IMG/VR virus record: IMGVR_UViG_3300044831_000021
Location: 1-31,676 of that record
Source: a virus
Lineage: Duplodnaviria > Caudoviricetes
Direction: 5' to 3' (one strand)
Length of the DNA stretch: 31,676 nt
The notes under the pieces were generated by a model. That model made no database searches and was not told the origin of the DNA. It saw nothing but the letters and a program-made list of their open reading frames with translations. Positions 9,149 through 17,700 of the stretch are shown here, piece after piece. A program made the translations under genes and the position numbers. Numbering within the stretch: the stretch's first letter is position 1; every line of letters begins with the position of its first letter.

Positions 9149-9886
9149 ATGAACCTCGCCGACTTTGAAACCGGAGTATTATCGCGCATCCAGGACAGCG
9201 CCAACAAAACCAGCCTGTCGGATCGAGACGATGCGATCACGCAGGCGGTGAAGCGCTATTCCAAGGATCGTCCACGCGAGATGGTGACGGACCTGGTGGG
9301 CGCGAACAATGCATTGTTGGCTCTTCCCACGGGACCCGCCACGCCTCCTGAAACTTTCGAAGATGGATTCTCCATCGTGCGCTGCATCGAATTCCCGGTT
9401 GGCAACCTGCCACCCACGTTTCTTGAAGGTGAAGACTGGCTGCTCTATCGCACACCAGCGGGATTGAAGATCGCTCTCACCAGCATGGTTCCGCAGGCCA
9501 GTGACACTCTTCGCGTGACCTGGACCGTGCGTCACATCCCCGGCACGTCAGGAGAAAGCCCAGTCGCAACAACGGTTCCCGACGCCGACTTTGAAGCCGT
9601 GTGCGATCTGGCTGCTTCCTTCTGCTGCGACAAACTCTCGGCGGCATTCGCGCGCACCAATGATTCCAGCATCCAGGCGGACGCGGTGAACTACCGTAGC
9701 AAGTCTCAGGAATACGCGTCGCTGGGCAAGCAATTGAAAAAACGCTATGACGACCACATCGGGATTGAGGAGAGCGGGAGCGGATCGTCGGGCGGCAGCC
9801 CCACAGCCGGCGCGATAGCAATCGGCGATATGAACCTCACTCAGGGATCTGGCGTGGACCGTCTCACGCACCGGAGGCCGCGCTGA
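9149..9886 (+). CDS. Head-tail adaptor / head completion protein
   Basis: First long gene after the capsid module. N-terminal helix pair, beta insertion, C-terminal EAVCDLAAS...ADAVNYRSKSQEY pattern typical of connectors. Confidence 0.6.
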   Translation: MNLADFETGVLSRIQDSANKTSLSDRDDAITQAVKRYSKDRPREMVTDLVGANNALLALPTGPATPPETFEDGFSIVRCIEFPVGNLPPTFLEGEDWLLYRTPAGLKIALTSMVPQASDTLRVTWTVRHIPGTSGESPVATTVPDADFEAVCDLAASFCCDKLSAAFARTNDSSIQADAVNYRSKSQEYASLGKQLKKRYDDHIGIEESGSGSSGGSPTAGAIAIGDMNLTQGSGVDRLTHRRPR

Positions 9887-10077
9887 TGGCACTGACACGT
9901 AAACAGCGAGAAAGAGTCCTCCAGCGGGTTCGGATGCTTCCGCCCGCTGCTCAGGACGCATTTTACAAATGGTCGTTTGACCAGGACGTGCGTACGGCAA
10001 ATGCGATGTTGTGGATGCTGGGTGTGATGGCGCTCGCGCTCATCGGCCTTTCTGTCTACGTGATAGGGATCAGCTGA
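9886..10077 (+). CDS. Small protein with one C-terminal transmembrane helix (63 aa)
   Basis: TGATG coupling on both sides. Hydrophobic segment MLWMLGVMALALIGLSVYVIGIS. Confidence 0.7.
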   Translation: MALTRKQRERVLQRVRMLPPAAQDAFYKWSFDQDVRTANAMLWMLGVMALALIGLSVYVIGIS

Positions 10078-10622
10078 TGGCGAATGAATTAAAGCTCACC
10101 ATCACCGGCCTGCTGGAAGCTCCAGCCGAGCTGCACGCCGCGATGATGGCTGGCATCCCGATTGGATTGGAAAAGATCGGCCTGCGTGGTATTCCGCTGG
10201 TGCAGGACCACACACCTGTGGGCGCGACGGGAAATCTTTTCGGCGGCGTCTTCGCGGAGTTTCACCAGGACGGACCGCGCATGGAGGAGATCATCGGCGT
10301 GCATCCTCCGGCTGACATGTATGCGGGTCCTGTTGAACTGGGCACGCGCCCGCACTTTCCGCCTCCATCGGCGCTCCTGCTGTGGGTGCAAAAGAAGCTG
10401 CACATCGAGAATGAGAAAGAGGCGCTATCAGTCGCCTTTGCGATCTCCAGATCGATTGCGAAACGCGGCACGCAGGGACAGCACATGTTTGACCAGGCGT
10501 TCGCGCAGCTGCAGGCGGAAGCGCCGGGAATCATGGAACGCGAGATCGCCGTCGCCATTGAAGAGTGGCAAGCGGGTAGGCAGCGCTTTGACCTTCTGGC
10601 AGGCTTCGGAGGCGTGAACTAA
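10077..10622 (+). CDS. HK97 gp10-like neck / tail completion protein
   Basis: TPVGATGNL, VELGTRPHFPP, LWVQKK and AFAISRSIAKRGT motifs. Start at ATG 10077 coupled to the upstream stop. Confidence 0.8.
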   Translation: MANELKLTITGLLEAPAELHAAMMAGIPIGLEKIGLRGIPLVQDHTPVGATGNLFGGVFAEFHQDGPRMEEIIGVHPPADMYAGPVELGTRPHFPPPSALLLWVQKKLHIENEKEALSVAFAISRSIAKRGTQGQHMFDQAFAQLQAEAPGIMEREIAVAIEEWQAGRQRFDLLAGFGGVN

Positions 10623-11110
10623 TGTCACTCCGCAAAATCATCGATCAGACGGCCGTCATCGCTGCAGCCGTGGCGAATTCCGGCAAGGTCTACAAACACC
10701 TGGTGTGGAGCACTGACGACGCGGACATCGTTGCTCTCTTTCAGGATGCGGCGGGGCGACTGAATACGATCATGATCACGCGGGAGAACACTGCGTCCGT
10801 GGATCGCGGCCCGAATGACAATCGCGACCGTCACACCATTCTGTTGAAGTGGTACCGCAGCGCGAAGGTCCTTGCCTCAGATGCTTCGTCGGTCACAGAG
10901 GATAGTTTTCAGGACGACGTGGAAGCGATGCGCACGGCGTTTAAGAACAATCGCAAATTGACGGACGCGCAGCAGGTTCACCAGGCTAGATGGTGCGATC
11001 CCATGACGGCGCGACTGGTCACGTTCGTGATGTTCAAAGGAATTCTCTGCAATTACGCGGAGCTGCTTTTTGTGGCCGAGGATGGGCCATTCAATACGAC
11101 ATCGGTGTAA
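10622..11110 (+). CDS. Putative tail terminator protein
   Basis: 162 aa alpha/beta protein between the gp10-like gene and the tail tube; TAATG coupling. Assignment by synteny. Confidence 0.55.
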   Translation: MSLRKIIDQTAVIAAAVANSGKVYKHLVWSTDDADIVALFQDAAGRLNTIMITRENTASVDRGPNDNRDRHTILLKWYRSAKVLASDASSVTEDSFQDDVEAMRTAFKNNRKLTDAQQVHQARWCDPMTARLVTFVMFKGILCNYAELLFVAEDGPFNTTSV

Positions 11111-11121
11111 CGGGAGGAAGT

Positions 11122-11439
11122 ATGGCAAGAGAAGATTTTGTCAACGTGAGGCTCACAGAGTTAGGCAAGGAGCGCGCTGCAGGCGCGCGCATTCAGGTTC
11201 ATGCCGGCAATCACTCGTTTGTCTTTGAGCCTGGCGAAGTGAAGATGGTAACGCGCGCGTTCGAGTGGGAGCGCGTGCTCAAGAATGAGCACTTCAATGG
11301 ACATGCTCTGTTTGAGATCGTGCCCGACGCGTCAGAAGAGACACCAGAGCAGGCTGCTGAAGGGCTGCGGGATCTCGGCATCGACGCTACAGCTACGCCG
11401 CAAGGCATCATGGTGGAAACCAAGGAGGTGAGCGCTTGA
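11122..11439 (+). CDS. Hypothetical phage protein (105 aa)
   Basis: GGAGG RBS before ATG 11122 within ORF 10990..11439. Stop overlaps the next start. Confidence 0.7.
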   Translation: MAREDFVNVRLTELGKERAAGARIQVHAGNHSFVFEPGEVKMVTRAFEWERVLKNEHFNGHALFEIVPDASEETPEQAAEGLRDLGIDATATPQGIMVETKEVSA

Positions 11440-12848
11440 TCAGGTTAAGTTACGGCTTCTTTAATATGGGCATTCGTTTTATCAACTGGATGCTGCGCTG
11501 CATTGTGCTGCGGTTTGCCTTCGAGCCGCAGGACGTGCTCGACATCCGCAACCTGGTCATTGCGCCCAACAAGCAAAACAACTTTCTCACGCCGGTCGCT
11601 GCAGCGAGCTACACGCAGCGGCCGCGCAATGCCGGCAATTACAACGCGGTCCATACTCCGTCCCATTACACTGATGAGCAAATGGCCAACAAAGGCCATC
11701 AGTGGGCTGCGACGAAGCTGCGCATTGCGGAAGCGAGCAGTTTTGACGGCACGATGGACCTGGACGCGTTCCTCGCCGGCTGGGTGCTTTTCTTCATCCT
11801 GGGCAATGAGACCGTCACGGGTGCTGGGCCCTTCGTGCACACGATGAAGTTCCTTCAGGCGACCAACCAGATGCCGGTGACCTCGTTGCTGTGCCAGGAA
11901 ACGAACGACGTGATCTTCCAGCTGCCTGACATGGCGATTCTTGACCTGGTCATCTCCGGAAAAGAGTCTGGTCCGCTGCAGGTGCAGTTCAAGATGGTGG
12001 GCAGCGGTAAGAAGGTGGACGGAGCGGTCACGTTCCCGCCATTGAGTGCGCCGCTATTCCTTTTTGGTTCGGACACCGATATCAAAATTGGGCCTTCCGC
12101 GCCGGACCTCACCGATCCGCGCTTCCAGATCGTGCTTTCGACAAGCGTACTCGGCGCGCAGGCGCAGCGCACTGCCTTCTATAGATTCACATATACGAAC
12201 GCTGCTGGTGAAACCATCGGCAGCCAGGAGATCTCAATTCTGGTCCCGGCGAACAGCGTATCGAAAGCGACGATGCCAGCGGCGCTGCCGCCCGGAGTTA
12301 CAGGTGTTTTCGTATATGCCGCGATTATCACAGCGACGGAAACAAAACAGGCTGGTGGACCATTCGCCGCTGCTGCCGTCTTCACCGAGCCGGGCACGGG
12401 CTTTGTTGTGGGCGCGGCGCTGCCTACGGCAACCACTGCGCTCAGCAGCATCAAGGAACGCGTGACAGACTGGCAGGTCCATATCACCGCCGAGATGGTC
12501 CCCAATCTCGCTCCAGGCAGCGGCTTCTGGGCAACCTTCATGAAGGTGCTGAAACAGCGCGCCAACGTGATGGTCAACGTGAAAGCGACCAGTGCCGACG
12601 ATATGCGCACGATTTCAGAGAACGACACGCAGAAGGAACTACAGATCATCACCAACTCCGGCGCGTCGCAACAGATGACCCTGCAGTTTCCTTACACCAT
12701 GCTGGACACATTCCAGATCGGGCAGAGCGGACGTGAGCAGATCTGGCAGATGAATGCCGGCGACAACGCCGTGCTCAAGCCCGGACCGCAGGAAGTGTTT
12801 CAGGCCATCGTGATCAATAACCAGGCTGCCTACGGAGTGGGCGCTTAA
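11436..12848 (+). CDS. Major tail (tube) protein with an internal Ig/FN3-like insertion
   Basis: Strong AAGGAGGTG RBS before TTG. Tube-like motifs (FILGNETVTGAGPFVHT, LQVQFKMVGSG). Internal YRFTYTNAAGET...GVTGVFVY domain. Position before the chaperones and tape measure. Confidence 0.75.
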   Translation: MIRLSYGFFNMGIRFINWMLRCIVLRFAFEPQDVLDIRNLVIAPNKQNNFLTPVAAASYTQRPRNAGNYNAVHTPSHYTDEQMANKGHQWAATKLRIAEASSFDGTMDLDAFLAGWVLFFILGNETVTGAGPFVHTMKFLQATNQMPVTSLLCQETNDVIFQLPDMAILDLVISGKESGPLQVQFKMVGSGKKVDGAVTFPPLSAPLFLFGSDTDIKIGPSAPDLTDPRFQIVLSTSVLGAQAQRTAFYRFTYTNAAGETIGSQEISILVPANSVSKATMPAALPPGVTGVFVYAAIITATETKQAGGPFAAAAVFTEPGTGFVVGAALPTATTALSSIKERVTDWQVHITAEMVPNLAPGSGFWATFMKVLKQRANVMVNVKATSADDMRTISENDTQKELQIITNSGASQQMTLQFPYTMLDTFQIGQSGREQIWQMNAGDNAVLKPGPQEVFQAIVINNQAAYGVGA

Positions 12849-12860
12849 ACAAGGAGAATC

Positions 12861-13067
12861 ATGGATCTGGACGACCTTTTTAGTTATCACCCGGTTGAGG
12901 CTGACCAAGTCGCGAAGTATGAAGCGATCAGAGCCGCAGCCAAACAGTTTGCCAAAACCATCCTGGAGAACACTCCGCGATCAGCTGACCAATCGGCCGC
13001 GATTCGCAAGATTCGCGAAGCCGTGATGACAGCCAACGCGTCGGTTGCTCTCAAAGGACGGTTCTAG
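12861..13067 (+). CDS. Acb2/Tad1-like helical-hairpin protein (putative cyclic-nucleotide sponge, anti-defence)
   Basis: AGGAG RBS. Sequence FSYHP...QVAKYEAIR...TPRSADQSAAIRKIREAVMTANASVA fits the recalled family pattern F-x-YH...P-x-SRE-x-S-x-A-x-x-K-L-x-EA-x-M-x-AN-x-x-IA. Confidence 0.7.
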   Translation: MDLDDLFSYHPVEADQVAKYEAIRAAAKQFAKTILENTPRSADQSAAIRKIREAVMTANASVALKGRF

Positions 13068-13076
13068 CGCGCAGTG

Positions 13077-13111
13077 CCGCAGGGTAGAGAAAAAAAAGCT
13101 CTGCCCTGCGG
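13077..13111. other. 13-bp hairpin with A-rich loop
   Basis: CCGCAGGGTAGAG-aaaaaaaag-CTCTGCCCTGCGG with one U-G wobble pair; no U-tract. Confidence 0.6.
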
Positions 13112-13140
13112 TCCATAGATGTGGTAAGAAAGATAAAGCC

Positions 13141-13455
13141 ATGATGATCGGACAATATTATTGGAGCACGTTCCTAACCGAGGACCACACCTTGGAACAG
13201 AAGCTTGCTTGGATTGCAGCGTACGCGCTTTATCTTAGCGAGGCACCGGAGCGTCCGGGCTGGTGCCAGAAAAAAGCCGACGACGATTACGGCCAATTCG
13301 TCGGTCAGGTCCAGTCTGAGGTTGAGCAAATATTGGACGGAATAGACCGGCAAGAGACTGATAAACCGTCAGGATGGTGGGAAACATCCACGGGTGCAGA
13401 GTTTGGTAAAGAACGTCTGCGCCTCATCAGGGATGCTTTTAAGCAAGTCCAGTAA
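13141..13455 (+). CDS. Hypothetical phage accessory protein (104 aa) with GWWETSTGAEFG motif
   Basis: ATG start within ORF 13045..13455. Distinctive LDGIDRQETD...GWWETSTGAEFG segment. Function unknown. Confidence 0.7.
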   Translation: MMIGQYYWSTFLTEDHTLEQKLAWIAAYALYLSEAPERPGWCQKKADDDYGQFVGQVQSEVEQILDGIDRQETDKPSGWWETSTGAEFGKERLRLIRDAFKQVQ

Positions 13456-13457
13456 GA

Positions 13458-13530
13458 CATCAGCATCGCTTCGCTGATGAGAGCAGCACCGCTTCGCTGC
13501 TCTGAGAGTCGGCACCGCTTCGCCGCTCTC
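13458..13530 (+). repeat. Three abutting hairpins sharing the loop AYCGCTTC
   Basis: CATCAGC-ATCGCTTC-GCTGATG (13458-13479), AGAGCAGC-ACCGCTTC-GCTGCTCT (13480-13503), GAGAGtCGGC-ACCGCTTC-GCCGCTCTC (13504-13530). Confidence 0.9.
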
Positions 13531-13590
13531 ACCGAGAAACGTTCCACGTAGCACAAAATCCAAAGTCAATTTTTCAGGAGAACTCCATTT

Positions 13591-14379
13591 ATGGAAGCGG
13601 CAAACGTTTTAGAGAACGGCAACGAACTCAGCAATGCAACCTGGACACCTCCAGCACTGCTCATGCTCGACGAACCTCGCGTGCTCGTGCTGCGCGAAGG
13701 CAAACGCGATTACACCTTTTACTTCCGGCGCATCCTGCAGCCCGACTGGGAGAGTTATTTCAGCGGGTTCTATATATCCTCCCGCACAGAAGGCGTGGCG
13801 CAGACGAACACCACTGATATTCAGACGACCGGCATCGAGCTGCTTGAATCCACATTGACAAAAGTGGTCGGCTATTCGCGCGAGCTGACCACACTGGAAG
13901 ATTTCAAAAAAATATTGCCGCGCCACTCTGTTCCGGTTTCCGGGCTGCTGAGTGAGGTCTACAGATCGGATATTGATGATGACAAGCCGTTCGACTGTGA
14001 TTCCGTGGAAGCGCGGATCGACGCCATGTGGTCAAAGACAACGCCGGCGAATAGCAACACCACATATAAAGGGTTGGTTCACCGCTTCAAGCCACCCACC
14101 ATCGAGCAGAAGAGACGCTACATGCGCGGCGGCGCTGTCAGCCGCGTGGGTGGCTTGCGCAAGGGCAGCACTACCGTCTACTCAACCAGAAACCGCCTGC
14201 TGCTGGAACTCTATGACCAGCTCATCCTTTCCGTCGATGGATATGGCGTGGCCGGCAAGGCATTGGAATCCGTCGAGCAGATCAGGCGCGAGATGGATGG
14301 CTACCACAAAGCGGAAGCAGTGGCGCAGCTTTTCGTCACGGGTGAAGCTCGGCCTGAGGGCGCTGTGGAGGGGGCTTAG
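13591..14379 (+). CDS. Putative tail assembly chaperone
   Basis: AGGAG upstream. Lies between the tail tube and tape measure. The two halves have similar patterns (FYFRRILQPDWESY / HRFKPPTIEQKRRY). Confidence 0.6.
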   Translation: MEAANVLENGNELSNATWTPPALLMLDEPRVLVLREGKRDYTFYFRRILQPDWESYFSGFYISSRTEGVAQTNTTDIQTTGIELLESTLTKVVGYSRELTTLEDFKKILPRHSVPVSGLLSEVYRSDIDDDKPFDCDSVEARIDAMWSKTTPANSNTTYKGLVHRFKPPTIEQKRRYMRGGAVSRVGGLRKGSTTVYSTRNRLLLELYDQLILSVDGYGVAGKALESVEQIRREMDGYHKAEAVAQLFVTGEARPEGAVEGA

Positions 14380-14382
14380 TCT

Positions 14383-14781
14383 GTGATCGTGACGCAACAC
14401 ATGGACGGCGTGCGACAAGCAGCGCTTGAGCTGATGGTGGAATCTCTGGACGCGGAGGACGTGGAACGGCAGCTCGATAATCTCCGCGCGCAGGACGCCG
14501 ACGAAGAGACGCTGGCCAAAGTGATGCCTATGCGCACCATGGCGGACGGCTTTTACGACTTTGCCAGCTACATCCTGTGGATTCGCGGATTGATCGATTC
14601 GAACGTGGAGATCCCGATCATGGCGGACGAAGCCGAGGGCCTGCGTGCGCTGGAGGCCGCCCGCCAGGAATTTGAGCGCTCTCATCCTGCGTGCCCGCAA
14701 TGCGGCACGAGGCAATATTCCAGCACCGCCATGCGCTGCCGCAAGAGCAGATGCGGCATGGACTTCAGGAAGTCACGCTGA
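14383..14781 (+). CDS. Putative second tail assembly chaperone with C-terminal zinc ribbon
   Basis: GGAGG RBS and GTG start. CPQC...CRKSRC motif. Stop coupled (TGATG) to the tape measure gene. In frame with the upstream gene. Confidence 0.65.
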   Translation: MIVTQHMDGVRQAALELMVESLDAEDVERQLDNLRAQDADEETLAKVMPMRTMADGFYDFASYILWIRGLIDSNVEIPIMADEAEGLRALEAARQEFERSHPACPQCGTRQYSSTAMRCRKSRCGMDFRKSR

Positions 14782-17700
14782 TGGCGACGCCAGTACAAAT
14801 CACGGTCACGGTTGATTCGAACGGAGCTGTTACCGGCTTCCAGCAGATCTCGTCTTCAGGCGATGCCATGGGATCGAAGGTCGTTACTGCTTCTGAAGCG
14901 GCAGCTGCGGCTATTGCTAACCAGAGCAAGGCCACACTCACGGGCGCAGCGGCCGTTGCGGTCCTCACAGCCAAATGGGAAGAAGAGCAGAAGACAATCG
15001 CTGAAGTGAACGCGCGCATTAAAGAGAACATGGCGGCGATGGCGGCCACTACTGCAGCTACCCAGAAGTCGGCAGCCGTCATGTCGGGAAGTTGGGTACC
15101 CATGGTAAGAAGCGCGTCCACCGCGTTCATGGGCATGACCAATGAGCAGACGAAGGCCAACGTCGCCGGCAGGCTACTGGAACAGACACTGGGACTTCAG
15201 AATCGCGCACTCAACCAGGTTATTTCACGCAGCTCTATCCTTGGCCCAATCATGGCGGCAGCATTCCCTCTTGCGATCATTGATGCGGCAGTGCCCATGA
15301 TTATGAAGGTTGGCGAGGGCATCGCCAATGCAGCCCAGGCCGCAGGCGGCATGACCGAAGCGATGAAGCGGCTGAACGATGAGACGCTCCAGGCGAATAA
15401 AGGAACGTTCCTCAATCCCAAGAATATGGACCAGGCGCGTGAGCACCTCAATATCGTCAACAGCGAGATTTCAGCCAACGACAAGCTGAAAGACTCTTTG
15501 AACGCGCGTCTTCAGAAAATCTATGACGAATCAACGATAACGCAGCAAATCCTGGGCATCACTACTTACCGCCTCACCAAGGAATATCTCCACAACTCTG
15601 CAGTCGACAAGGGCGTGGACCTGCTCAAAGAACAGAATGCTCTCATGGAGAAGCAGGCCGAGCTAATAAGGCAGGCCGGCGTAGACCAGGCTTCTATATC
15701 CGCCGAGAGCAGCGGAATGCACGGTTTCGCCAAACTCAACTTTGACGAAGCGAATGCGATCAACAACCTGCGGAACGATAAGAGTCTCGACGATACGCAG
15801 CGCCAGGTGAAGGAATACGACGTCCACTACGAGTTCACCCAGAAACGGATCGAGCTGGAGCAGCAGGAGACGGATAGAACGATTGCGCTGCGCCACCAGG
15901 TGGAAGATGAAACGCTCCACGGAACAGCAAAGATATTAGCCGACGAACAGGCGGCCATTGATGCACTCGCGCGAGCGCAGGAGCGCAGCGGCGGCGACTA
16001 TGCGCAATTCCAGCAGCAAAAAGTGCTCTTACATCTGAAGGCGCTTAATCAGATATCGGCCCTCAACAATGCCGCGGACCAGCATGTGAAAGACCTGCAG
16101 GAGCAGGCGGGCGCCAGCGCACTCACTGGCGATGACAAAATCCGAGAGGAAGGGCAGAAGCTCAAAGAGGCAGAGGGCCGCAGATTGGCTGAAGGACTTG
16201 AGAACGATAAGCAATACAACTCTGCAATCGTGGCCATCAACCTAGCCACTAATAACAAGATCCAGGCCGAAGACCAGAAAACCTTCGACAAGCACGCGCA
16301 GATACTCGCGCGAACCAAAGAAATGCAGGACCGCGCGGCCGAGGATATGAAGACCGCGCAGGAAGATGCAGCCCTCGCAGGCGTTCCGGAGTGGCAGCGG
16401 GCCAGCGCGCAGATACAGATTGAGTTGAACCGGCGCGAGCGCGCAATCGAGGACCAAAAAATCAGAGAGCTGGCAGCTGAACATCTGACTGCGGATCAGA
16501 TTGTCGCCATCAACCAGGACGCGGATGCAAAGCGCCTTGACGCGATGGTTCAGGCCAACGTCCGTATGAGAGAGGAAAACAAACGCCTGACTGAGCAGCT
16601 CGGCTCGGACCTTCAGTCCGTGTTTGACGACATCACCAGCGGCAACATCGGCAAGCGCATTCTCGCAAACATGGAGAAGATGTTTTTTCAGATCGTCGCG
16701 CAGTGGATTCTCTCGCTGCAGATCATGAAGAGCGCTGCCGGCAGCATCTTTGGCTCAATCGTCTTTGGGCCTGGCTCAACCGGCGCTGGTGTGTTCGGCG
16801 GCGGCGGTGGAGGCGGCGGAGGATCGATACTGGGCACCCTCTTTGGTGGCGGCAGCAGCACTGGACCCAGCGCTGCCGGCAGTGGCGGTTTTACCGGAGG
16901 AGGCGGCGGAGGATCGATCCTGGGCAGCCTCTTTAGCGGCGGCGGGGCTGGTAGCAGCACTGGGCCCAGCGGCGCTGCGTTCCAGCCTGGCGGGATTTTC
17001 AGCGATCCATCCACGTTCGCCGGAGGCACTAGTGGTCTTACCGGCGCGATTGCCGGCACTAGCGCCACGTCCGGCAGCGGACTGCTGCCATCGGCGAGCA
17101 ACGCGCTCACCACGTCCACCATGGCGGACGCGCTGGGGGGTGGAGTCGGCGGCGTGGGTGCAGGCGCTTCCGCAGTTACTGGAGGCGCGAGCAAAGCAGG
17201 CGGTCTCTCTTCTTTCTTCAGCGCGGGGAATCTCACCAGCCTCGCGGGGTTGGGGCTCGGTGCTGTCGGGAGCGCGTTCGGAGGAAAGACCGGTCAGACG
17301 GGCGCGCTGTTGATGGGCTTGCTGATGAGCGGCAAGCTCGCACCTGTCTTGAGTTCTCTTTATGGCAGCATCGGCCTTGCCGCCACTGGAGCGCTGGTGG
17401 GCGGATTAACGGGAGGATTGATCGGCTTCGGTATCGGGAAAAACAGTGGCGGTCTGGTCGGATCGCTGGCTGGCGCTGGTTCTGGCGCTCTGACCGGCTT
17501 CCTTGTTGGCGGTCCCATAGGCGCGCTTGTAGGCGGCATAATCGGGCTGCTGGGAGGGATATTCGGCGGGATATTCGGCGGGGCCCAGCGTAAGAAACAA
17601 GCGAACGCGCTCGCAGATAACACGCTGCTGCCTGACATCGCGCAGATCGTGACCGGCTTTGATGGATTCCAAGTCGACAACAGCTCGGCGATCCAGCAGC

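Noticed and set aside
9886-10077. Holin or lysis cassette
   Set aside because: A single TM helix only, with no endolysin or spanin nearby. In Mu-like phages lysis genes usually lie upstream of this window's start.
13458-13530. Hairpin array or terminal repeats (23491-23553) as a mini-CRISPR
   Set aside because: Units are 21-27 nt with no spacers of CRISPR length, and there are no cas genes in the window.
14691-14780. Longer ORF-track starts (14691, 10011, 10990, 8267, 13045, 28424)
   Set aside because: Downstream starts with an RBS or stop-start coupling fit better and avoid large overlaps.
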